From assembly GCA_028534125.1 (NCBI GenBank), contig CM052816.1, forward strand, positions 16,060,001-16,124,000: a stretch of 64,000 nt of DNA. Reading direction: 5' to 3'. The DNA comes from Lama glama (lineage: Eukaryota). A model generated the notes under the pieces. That model was not told where the DNA came from. It did not search any database and saw only the letters and a program-made list of their open reading frames with translations. Positions 45,001 to 55,300 of this stretch are shown one piece after another (the first letter of the stretch is position 1; every line of letters begins with the position of its first letter). The translations under genes were made by a program, and so were the position numbers.

Positions 45001-46661
45001 GGCAATTCACTTTGCTCCCCGAGCCTGTCTACACAGCACTTAGCTGGGAAAAGGGAATTTGTACTCCTGTTTCTCCATTTTGCCCTTCCTCTGCCTCTCC
45101 TTCACCCCATTCTTTTCCCTGTTCAGGTGTCATCAGCTTCATTGTCATCCTGGTGGTTGTGGTGATCGTCCTGGTCAGTGTGGTCAGTCTAAGGTTTAAG
45201 TGTCAGAAGAACAAGGAGTCTGAAGGTACATGCCCTGACCCTCATGGCCCCCCTTTGCCTCTCTTTGCTGGAGGATGCAGGGCTAGATTCTGAGACTGAT
45301 ACCCAGCCTGGAGTTGAGGGAAGGAATGGCACATAAGCACCACTAGATGAAGAGGGAGGGTCCACTTGTGTGGGCTTTGAGGGGCACACTGGGACTCTGA
45401 GTTACAGCCTGTGACCTCCAATCTGTGCCTTTGCATTTTTACAGATCCCCAGAAACCTGGAAGTTCAGGGCTCTCTGAAAGGTAAGAGTGTCAGAAGTGT
45501 AAGGGAAGAATCACCCATCTGATCTCTTAATTCCCCACTCCAAGAGTAGGACCCACACTTCCTGCCTTCTCCACACACACATCCACACCCATACAGAATC
45601 CTGACAGCCTCACCGAGGCCAGGACTAGAGGTAGGCAGGACGGGAGGACAGGGCAGACCTAAAAAGAAATGGCTGGGTGATGGGAGAGGGACTGGAACAC
45701 TTCCCCAAGGCCAAGTCTCTATCACCCTTTTGTGAAAAATGTAGGAAGTCAGATTCTAATCTACTCCTTAAATAAGAAGATACTCATTTAAGGAATCACT
45801 TACTGAACACCTTGTATGTGCCAAGCACTATGGTAGATATTTTGTAATAATATCTCAGATGCTTAGAGCAATTCTTCAAGGCAGATATTACTGTATTTTA
45901 CACATGAAAAAAAAAAGCGTAAGACTCAAGAGATCTTGGTCAAGATCACACAAGTAGTAGGTAGGAGAACTAAGATTTGATCACAAGTCTAAGGTTTATT
46001 TATTTAATTATAGAGGAGGTACTGGGGATTGAACCCAAGACCTTGTGCTAAGCATGTACTCTGCCTACCACTTGAGCTATACCCTCCCCTACTTTCTAAA
46101 AAATATTTTTTTGAGGGGGAGGTAATTAAGTTTGTTTATTTACTTATTTATTTATTTTTAGAGGAGGTGCTGGGGATTGAACCCAGGACCTCATGCATGC
46201 TAAGCATGCACTCTACCACTTGAGCTATACCCTCATCCAAAGCACATTCTCATTTCATTTAGTCCACCACCAAAATAGAGGTTTATAGAAACAAAGATCG
46301 AAGTTTCAACACCCCCAATAGTCTCTTGACCCCCATTGCCCTACCACTTTTCCTCTCTATAACTCATGTTCCCTTTCTACGCCAGCTGCTCCACAGCCAA
46401 CGGAGAGAAAGACAGCATCACCCTCATCTCCATGAAGAATATCAACATGAATAACAGCAAAGGATGTGCCTCAGCAGAGAAGGTGTATTTTTCCTGATGC
46501 CTTCCTCTCATTCCCCTCCTCTTCCTCCTCCCTTCAGGCTCAAGTTCCTTAACCAAAAAGGAGATACTTTCAGACTCAGGCTCTTCTCTCCTCTTCCCTA
46601 CCCCACCACTCCCAATAACTTCATCCTTCCTTATTATGTATTTATTTTGCAGGTTCTTTAA
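39021..46661 (+). CDS. ECSCR: Endothelial cell surface expressed chemotaxis and apoptosis regulator, complete spliced CDS, 202 aa
   Basis: join(39021..39081,42455..42490,42716..42766,42928..42987,43947..43994,44618..44728,45127..45225,45445..45481,46386..46482,46653..46661) = 609 nt, all GT-AG, in frame. Signal peptide MGSVGETQLCWAILGFLLLQG, S/T/P-rich ectodomain, TILPSPTSETVLTVAAFGVISFIVILVVVVIVLVSVVSLRFKC, tail STANGEKDSITLISMKNINMNN...AEKVL. Confidence 0.95.
41730..41820 (-). mobile_element. Very short L1 3' tip in ECSCR intron 1
   Basis: T-rich tail followed by 'attgaggtatagtcagtttacaatgttgtgtt', the reverse complement of the L1 end at about 55650-55685. Confidence 0.75.
42455..42490 (+). 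CDS. ECSCR: ECSCR coding exon 2
   Basis: tttcag| GHNSLPTTTSPQ G|gtaaga; 36 nt, phase 1-1. Confidence 0.9.
42716..42766 (+). CDS. ECSCR: ECSCR coding exon 3
   Basis: tttcag| GNFNSQSLTPGPTSPKT G|gtgagt; 51 nt, phase 1-1. Confidence 0.82.
42928..42987 (+). CDS. ECSCR: ECSCR coding exon 4
   Basis: ttgcag| GDSPSTKPNSSSPLPSASTP G|gtactc; 60 nt, phase 1-1. Confidence 0.85.
43947..43994 (+). CDS. ECSCR: ECSCR coding exon 5
   Basis: gtgcag| GTGVLSGGSSRGSTSG G|gtatgt; 48 nt, phase 1-1; weak pyrimidine tract. Confidence 0.8.
44618..44728 (+). CDS. ECSCR: ECSCR coding exon 6
   Basis: ctttag| DTFHNVTPKSSTMSLRTGDSTILPSPTSETVLTVAAF G|gtgaga; 111 nt. Confidence 0.95.
45127..45225 (+). CDS. ECSCR: ECSCR coding exon 7 (transmembrane)
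   Basis: gttcag| GVISFIVILVVVVIVLVSVVSLRFKCQKNKESE G|gtacat; 99 nt. Confidence 0.96.
45445..45481 (+). CDS. ECSCR: ECSCR coding exon 8
   Basis: ttacag| DPQKPGSSGLSE AG|gtaaga; 37 nt. Confidence 0.95.
45995..46236 (-). mobile_element. Two tandem tRNA-derived SINEs (Vic-1-like) in ECSCR intron 8
   Basis: Two copies of 'gaggaggt(a/g)ctggggattgaaccca...ccacttgagctataccctc' at about 45995-46090 and 46105-46236. Confidence 0.9.
46386..46482 (+). CDS. ECSCR: ECSCR coding exon 9
   Basis: cgccag| SCSTANGEKDSITLISMKNINMNNSKGCASAEK|gtgtat; 97 nt. Confidence 0.95.
46653..46661 (+). CDS. ECSCR: ECSCR last coding segment (Val-Leu-stop)
   Basis: ttttgcag|GTT CTT TAA gives the AEKVL C-terminus. Confidence 0.85.
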   Translation, partial: VL

Positions 46662-46975
46662 AAGCAATCATGGGTCCCCATGAATCTGAGGATGATGCAG
46701 CTGCCCTGTGACCTTAAGGAGGAAAGCGATGGGATTGGTAGAGGCCATGAACCAAATAGAAATTATTTTATTGTTTCACATCTACCCCCAGATCTAAAGG
46801 ACACTAGCATTCCTCCAGATCTGGGAGCAAGCAGCCAGTACGAGAGACTCTTTCCCATACAGACAATCACCCTAGAAGCACAGCCTGCCCCTACCACCTT
46901 CTCAGAGTCACAGGAAGGAGTCTTTAGAGCCAGAGCAAGGAAAATTACGAAGTGAATTGGTCCCTTCTACTTTGC

Positions 46976-46981
46976 ATTAAA
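46976..46981 (+). terminator. ECSCR: Probable ECSCR polyadenylation signal (ATTAAA)
   Basis: ATTAAA about 315 nt past the stop, followed by T-rich sequence. Confidence 0.6.
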
Positions 46982-48369
46982 ATTATTTTCTGGCCTGCAG
47001 TCTAATTTCTTTTAAGGTCTACTTTCCCCTGGGTATTTCTTAACAGAATGTTCTGGCAGCTCTGGGGTCTTCTTTTGGAGGTAAGGCATGTGTACAAGTT
47101 TCTACACCTGTGGGGAGCTCTCTGAGAAATCTGGGAGGTGGAGAGAAGTTTTTGTCAGGTCTGCCTTAGTTCACCTGGTTTGCTCAGTAGGGATGAGGTG
47201 ACTGATTAACCACTCCGACAGGGGGAGAGAAAAGCTGTAAACAGTGCCCAGCTGTCACAGTAAAGAAGTGTTAAATCTGTAGAGTGAGAACAGGGGAGGC
47301 ACAACATATTCTGACTAGGAAACTCTGGTGGTGAGAGCTGGATACTGTGAGGACTAATGTCCTCTGCCTGCCCTCGGGCAGACATGCCTCACTTTCGTCC
47401 TAGCTGTGGGAATAGCACTGAGAAGATTTGGAGCAAGGATTGATCTGTAACTTTGTAAATCAAAACCCATCCCCTTTACTACACACAGTTATGAACTTTG
47501 TATCTGAGAAACAGAATGAAGGGTCACAAATACTGTAAAGTCATTTAGAAAGAAAAAGAAAGCAGTTATCTGTCTTCTTACTAATCTCTACCATGACACT
47601 GGTTTGGAAATGAATCTTGGTTGGGGAGGGTGAGTGGAAGAGTCATCTGGGTATATCTGTATGAGGCTCAAGAAGCATCTGGCAGTTGGCAGTTCAGAAC
47701 ACAGGAAGAACACAGAATTCTGAAGCAATAATATACTATTTTTTCCCCTGAATTTAGACTCTGCAAGGTGATACGTGAGAGAAAGTGTAGAACAAAAATT
47801 TCTACTCTCTCTGTCTCACTGAAACTATTCAAGTGGCCTGAAGAAATCTACTGGATTCTAGAATCCTCTAGGGCAGTGTCTGTAAACTGCTCACATCTGT
47901 AGCTCCTATATGATACACTGTGCTCAGCACATCAGAGGTCATGAAAACTGGCTCTTGAGTGCAGGAAATCCAGTCCAAAGGCTAGGCTCTGCCACAGACT
48001 TACAGCTTAACTTTAGTGAAATCATCCCCATCTCTGAGTCTATTTTCTTACTTTTAGAGTGAGGTGACTGGACTACTTGGCCTTCTTTATCTTTTTTTGG
48101 TTCTTATATTCTACAGTTTGATAAACTCTAGGTATAAGAAAAAATGAACACAATCTTTTGAGTAGAGATCACTCTGGGTAGAAGCCAGAGACAAGTCTTG
48201 GGCACCTTGGGGAAAGTCTTTTACATTCTCTGGACTTAAATTTTCCTGTGTGTTAGTGTGTATTAAGGGAAGAATGATCCCCCCCTGGCCCTGTCTACTT
48301 CACAGCTACTTGGTAGGTAAAATGGAATAGTAAATGTGGAGACACTTGGCAATTAGAAGTACTAGTTGG

Positions 48370-48659
48370 CAATTATAGCAGACAATGTGGAGTACCACCA
48401 CCCAAGTCTCACTTTAGGATCAAGACCCTTGTTCCCCCAGCTGCTGGGATTGTGGCTGCTGAGGGCCCAGAGCTGGTTGATGACTAATTGTTGGGGGTGG
48501 AGGTGGAGAGGAAGACCTGGACCTTTGCCTTCATTTCTCCCTCTGCTTAATCTTGCTTCCTTTATTCTTTGCATCTGTTGCTCCCAGAAGCACCAGTAAA
48601 CCTTCAGCATGCAAATCTCAGAGTCTCCAAGTCTATTTCCTGAAGTACAACCTATGACA
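48370..48659 (+). mobile_element. Old ERVL-type (LTR16-like) LTR remnant
   Basis: 3' end 'gcatgcaaatctcagagtctccaagtctatttcctgaagtacaacctatgaca' resembles LTR16-family ends (recalled). Confidence 0.5.
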
Positions 48660-51519
48660 GCAATACTACTGCATTAAAAAAAAATAATTCAGATATATTT
48701 TATTTAAGCCACACTGTAAAAAGCACATGACTTACTAGTCAGTTCTAGTACAAAAATGCATCATTGGGATAGAACACTCCAGGTGACATAACAATGTCTA
48801 GAAGTACTGGATTCTGTTTGAATTGTTATTGTTATGGACTACCATGGATACTCAGTTCAGCTAATTAAGTCAAAGACATGGGTTTCATTCTAGGTAACTC
48901 AGTTGAAGTCTCCATTATAAAGCCACAAACTTTCCCTTGACTCTGGGCAATGTTCTGCAAATATGAGCTGTTAGTCTTAAGGTATTTATACGTGGGAGAT
49001 GGGAAGAACTGAACTGGTACTAATATAAGATTGAAAGGTATTTACCCTGAAACTGACATTGCAATACCACATTAACCATGTTGATTTTCCTGTTGCCAAA
49101 TAACTACACTCTGGGAAGGGGTTGAGGTTGAATTCAGTTAATGCTGAACTCTTCTCTCTAGAAAACTGTATTAGAGGGGGCTCCGCTGGAAGATCCTACT
49201 ATTTATGTAAATACAAGACCCACCTCTGACAGGAAATCCAAGTATAGCTTCTCCCTGCAGCTTCCCTGAGACCATATCTCTTCCCTGATGTCTAGACAAC
49301 AGGATGGTGGCCATTTACAAGATGACTTCCTCCCTATTCTAACACAGGACTATATGCCCAAAGCAGGAACAGGTGGCTCGGGTAGGGTGGCTGCTGTAGC
49401 TTGTCCTTCTCTTACTTCTTCTCCCATCCTATGGGAGGCCAACAAACCATCTCAGGCACACAGACCCAGTTGGACAGAGGGATCATTTACTCAGTATCTT
49501 TCTTCCAGGACTGGATGGGGCAGCACATCAATCATATAGGACACATGGCAAACCTCAGTATCACCAGCAAAAATTCACTGCAGTTCAACAAGTTTTCCTG
49601 AAAGTAAGTAGAGAAAACTGATAGAAATCTGAGGTTGGCTCTAGGTAAAATGGTTTAGCAGATGAAGAACCACTGCAGGCCCCCTGGCCTAATTCTTGCA
49701 TACAGTTTCCCAAAGCCAGGCTAGCACTACTTAGTTCTATTTGAATCTGCTGGAAGAACTGTGTGGTTCTGCTCAGCAGTCTCCCCCTGGATTTGTGGGT
49801 GTCCTTTCTCACCTCTTTGAACTTCTTTCTTCACCTACCTCCTCTTTGAGAAGTGCCAATTTCTCTTCCCTTATTTCCTTCCCAGGTGCTCTCGCTCTTC
49901 CTGCTGATTGCTTTCCCCTGGCACCTCCATCCTGAACTCTCTGAGCCAACAGCTCCCTCTTTTACCAAACAGAGACTGAATTTGACAGTGGGAATTATTT
50001 TTGTGGAGTGGTTGGCATGCTGAATCAAAAACTGGCACAGAAGTGTTCTAAATGTTGAGGTTTGGAGTTCTAAGATAGTCCTGGTGATAATCATAGAAAA
50101 ATTCATCCAGAAGTGTTAATTGAGGTGTAAATGAGCTGGAGGATACATTTGCATGGCAATATCTGAGAAGGGTGCAATGCTAAACCACTTTTTACTGATC
50201 TAGTAGTAAATGAGCTGTCTAGAAAAGGAGGAAGTGAGGTTTTAGAGGTGTTGGGAAAGGTTGTTGAGGTACCAGACATTTCCAAGAGGCTCTGGCTTCC
50301 CAAATCTTGTCCAGCATTATTGCACTTGGTCTCTACTCTTAAGTAGCCCCGTAATTCACTGTATCCCTTCTCAATCCAATTATCCCCTATAGTGCTCTAC
50401 CACACCCACTCTCAACCAGATGATACCTCAAACTTCATGGTACTCTGACATCTCTGAGTACCTCCAGACTGTAGCTCTGTGCCCCTAGACTTCAAGATAT
50501 ATCCCACCTTCCCCTGTCCACCTAGAGCAGTCTGTCTAGCCTCTCAAAACCAAATAAACTTCCTCCTAATACTCAACCACCTAAAGGATGTCCCTGATCA
50601 GGTCCTTTGGTCTGCAGAGCACAAGTGGCTTCTTCAAGACCCAGTCTTCTGTGAACACAATGATGCTCATATATCCCAGAGTCATGACTGCAGAGACAGA
50701 TGGAAATGCACACCACTGAAGGCTTTTACCATTTTAGTTTGTGTCTAGAGCTGTACATCTCCCCACCCCACTCCAACTACCTAAGGAGCTGTCGATTAAT
50801 ATCAAAGTTGACACAATTGACTTGGTTTTCCTGAGTAAGGTCTCAATGAATTCCAAGTAACTTTTGTTTGGGGATGTACATGATCATTTTTCACTTTTGT
50901 GGACCTGATTTTTGGCCATCTCAACTCACCAGCAGGGATGAGTCAGTAAGGACAATACCCATCCACCTATGAAGAACTGCCTTTATTCTTTGCTAGGCTC
51001 CATGCAAATCTGAGTGGGGAAAAGTAGGAATATTTCTTCACTGCCTTTTTACTAATTTCCTAGGGCTGGGTCCTTTAGAAAAGGAGAAAGACCAAGGAAA
51101 TAATTGGGGTGGAAGGGAAGGGGAAAGTCTCAGATGGGCCTTGGAGTAAAATAGGATAGATGAAGGATAAGGCACAGCAAATACATGGGGATCTAATGCC
51201 ATCTCCAATACTTGCACCTTTCTTTTTTCTCTGCCTCTGACTCCTATGGGTCCCTCTAATGAAGCTATGACAGAGGAGTTGCCCTCTAACCACATAAATC
51301 TCACTTTTCTACTTTCTTGGCTCTTAAGTTCCCAAGGTAGGGTTCGGCATCACCAAAACCCATCGAGGACCAAGCATACAGTTTGCACAGAACAGGCAAC
51401 AGCATATATTTAATTAGGACATCCGTGAGGAGAAAAATAGTCACACTCTCACCCTCTAGCCCGTAGTTCGCAAAATCTTTCCCAGGCAGGATCTGATAGC
51501 ACCTCCTTGAACATCCCAA

Positions 51520-52370
51520 GTGTTAGGCGAGGCCGAAGTTACGATCTCCACTCTACAGATGAGGAAAAGCGCAGCCCCCTGTTGCCACAGTTTCAGGCTG
51601 TGAGCCGCTGGTCGAGCAGCAGTTAACTGTCAGCAACACACTTTCACAGGCCTTTCTTCCAAGGGTCGCGCCCCTTTACACCACCGCTTGTGTGACCCCT
51701 CGCGCGGCGCCTGTCGGGAATTGTAGTCCAATGGCCCACATATACTATAGCTTGGACTACAATGACCAGCATGCTCCGCGGTTTTTTTGTTTTTTTTTTT
51801 GCCCCCTTCTCTCTCAGCCTCGGACGCCGGGGAGGCTCGCCAGATCCGCTGACTGGGAACCGATATGGCAGCGACTCTGGGCAGCGGGGAGCGTTGGACG
51901 GAAGGTACCAGATCCTGACCGGAGGGTGGGACAGGGCAGGGTCAGAGAGAAATCTGGGATGCGGCTCCTGGCGGCGCCTGAAAGGGCTGAGATCCTGGGC
52001 CTAAGATGAAGCACGGAGGCCTATGAGAAGATGCTGGGCCTGAGGAGGGTTCCTGGAGGGGTGGGGGACAGCCCAGGGCAGGCGGTCGGGATCCGGAAAC
52101 CAGGAGTGCTGGCGCAAGCTGAGGACCCGGCCCGGTAGCCAGAGTCACCCGTGACGACTTGTTGCCTCCGGCCCCCAGCCCCGCCCCGGCCCGTGCCCCG
52201 CCCAGGGCCCTCAGCGGGCAGGCCCCGCCCGCCCCAGGGTTAGCACGGTGGTGCGGTCTCCTGCAGTTTGTTTACCTAGTCCTTATCATCGCCTCCAAAC
52301 TGGGCCGCCTCAACCTCGGCCTCAGTTTGAACTTGTCCCTGCAGCCAACATCAGGACGCATAGGCCGGCC
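51520..52370. promoter_or_regulatory. DNAJC18: DNAJC18 CpG-island promoter with paired ZNF143/THAP11-type motifs and GC boxes
   Basis: High CpG density around exon 1; GGACTACAATTCCC on - (51716-51729) and GGACTACAATGACCAGCATGC on + (from 51754); CCCCGCCC boxes at about 52180-52235. Confidence 0.85.
51865..51904 (+). CDS. DNAJC18: DNAJC18 coding exon 1
   Basis: ATG GCA GCG ACT CTG...[14 protein letters not shown]|gtacca donor; inside CpG island. Confidence 0.93.
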
Positions 52371-55300
52371 TTTTCTATCCTACAGTCAGGCAAAGAGTAC
52401 TGATCCAATACCTATTGGGTACCCTGTATTATGCTGATCATGCAGCAGAGATTTGAAGACATGGGCCTCTGATCCCACAGAACTCTCAGTCTACTGAGGG
52501 AGTTTGGCAGCTAAGCAGTCAATTACAGAACGGCCAATAAGTCCTGTGCTACACAGCAAGGTCATATGTTTGGGAAACATACTGACAAGGCACTCAACAC
52601 AGTCTGGGTGTCAGAGGATGCCTCGTGGAGAAAGTGTTACATATGGTGACATGAAGGATGCGTTGGAGTTAGACAGGCCTACTTAGAGGAGGTTTTGCAG
52701 GCAGAAAGAACAGTATATGCAAAGACACAGAGAAAAGAGAAAGCTTTGCTGATGTGAAAGGAGTTTGGTGTGATCTAGAGCATAGACTGCAAAGGAGCTT
52801 GTGGTGAGAGATGAGGCTGGAGAGGCAGGCTGGGCCCATGATAAGAAATCTGAACAGGGAGCAGTGGGTAGTCACTAAGAGATGTTAAGCAGGAGAAAGA
52901 TGTTTTTAAAGTTTTTCCCAGATCCTCCAGACAGGACAGGAGTATTATGCCTTCCTTAACTAGATTGCTGTGACCCTCTGCATTCTGCATGCATTGTGAT
53001 TAGTTAAAACCTCTCCCTTTAAACTATAACGTCTTTGTGGTCAGGAGTAAGTCTTACCCATAAATCTGCTTGATCTGTCCAGCCAGATGTCTTGTAGGTA
53101 TTAATTCTATAACTGTGAGTTTAAAAAGTTGACATCAACTCTGCTGTAAATCTTAGTAGTGGGAGACACTGCAACAAAAAATGTTTTATGATCAATTCAC
53201 TTCTGAACATGGACCACAAAGAAATAGGCTTCTCCTGTGCTGCCGTAAAGGCAAGGTATTGGCCAGGTACCTCTTGAACCCTTTACTGGCTCTGTCATGA
53301 TTACTTGCTCACTGACCACTGTAGGTATGGTGGACATTATTATGCTTCATGTTTCTGGCATTATAAGTTCTTCATGGTTGCCTGTGTATTTTCTGTACTG
53401 TTTTCTCAAGGAAGATGTTTGTTCAGCTTTGTATGGATGCTTAAAAGTCAGATGACGTCAGTAGCCTGGCCCTCACACTCACTTGCTCATGCCTACAAGC
53501 AGCCTCCCGGTTGGCTAAGGCCAGTAGTAAAGTTGATTTGCAGGTCAACACGAGGCCTCATTGTGCTGTTGCTTTGCAGCTTACATTGATGCAGTTCGAA
53601 GAAACAAATACCCAGAAGACAGACCTCCTGAAAGCCATGACCCCTGTGGTTGCTGTAACTGCATGAAGGCACAAAAGGAAAAGAAGTCTGAGAATGAGTG
53701 GAATCAGACCTGGCAGGGTGAAGGGAACACCACTTATACTGAAGAGCAGCTGCTTGGGGTACAAAGGTGAGCCTGTGGTGGGATTAAATAAGAGAATTTA
53801 TGTAGAGTGCCTGGCACAGACAATGTGCTATGTAAGGATTGACCGCTATTACTATTTTTTATTATTATTACTGAAGCACAATAGCTTCTTGGCCCAGAGG
53901 CAAGGCTAGATGGAAGTGGAATATTAGGGCATAATCTGAGGTCACTGCCCTGCTTCTGTTGTAAGAAAGACAGGGAAAACCATTTTGACATAATAGACAT
54001 CTGTACAACATTCTACCCAAAACAGCAGAACACACATTCTTCTCAAGTATGCATGGAATTCTCTCCAAGATAAACCATATGTTAGGCCATAAAACATGAC
54101 TCAATAAATTTAAAAGGATTAAAATCAGGCACTATTAATCTTCAACAAAGGAGGCAGCAGTATACATGGAAAAAAGACAGTCTCTGCAGTAAGTGGTGTT
54201 GGGAAGGCTGGACAATAGCATGTAAATCAACGAAGTTAGAACATTCCCTCGTACCATACACAAAAATAAGCTCAAAATGGCTTAAAGACTTAAACATAAC
54301 ACAGGACATCTTAAATCTCCTAGAAGAGAACATAGGCAAAACATTCTCTGACATAAATCTTAGCAATGTCCTCCCAGAGCAGGCTACCCAGGCAATAGAA
54401 ATAAAAGCAAAAACAAACAAATGGGACCTAATGTATAAGTTTTGCACAGCAAAGGAAACAATAAACAAAACAAAAAACAACCTACGGAATGGGAGAAAAT
54501 ATTTGCAAATGATGCAACTAACAAGGGCTTAATTTCCAGAATGTACAGATAACTCATACAGCTTAATAACGAAAAAACAAACAGCCCAATCCAAAAATGG
54601 GCAGTAGACCTAAACAAGCAATTCTCCAATGAAGACATACAAATGGCCAATAGGCACATGAAAAAGTGCTCAATATCGCTAATTATCAGAGAAATGCAGT
54701 CAAAACACCTCACACCAGTTATAATGGCTATCATTCAAAAGTCCACGAACGATAAATGCTAGAGAGGGTGTGGAGAAAAGGAAACCCTTCTACACTGTTG
54801 TTGGGAATGTAGTTTGGTGCAGCCATTATGGAAAACAGTATAGAGATTCCTTAAAAAACTAAAAATAGAGGGGAAGGTATAGCTTAGTGGTAGAGTGCAT
54901 GCCTAACATGCACAAGGTCCAGGTTCAATCCCCAGTACCTCCATTAAAAAAATAAATAAATAAACCTAATTTCTCCCGCACAAAAAAACCAACCAACCAA
55001 ACAAACAAAAGAGTATATTTTTAAAAACGAAAAATAGATTTACCATATGATCCAGCAATCCCACTCCTGGGCATATATCCAGAGGGAACTCTAATTCAAA
55101 AACACACATGTACCCCAGTGTTCATAGCAGCGCTATTTACAATAACCAAGACATGGAAACAACCTAAATGTCCACTGGAAGATGACTGGGTAAAGAAGTT
55201 GTGGTATATTAATACAGTGAAATACTACTCAACCACAAAAAAGAATAAAATATTGCCATTTGCAGCAACATGGATGGACCTGAAGATCGTCATTCTTAGT

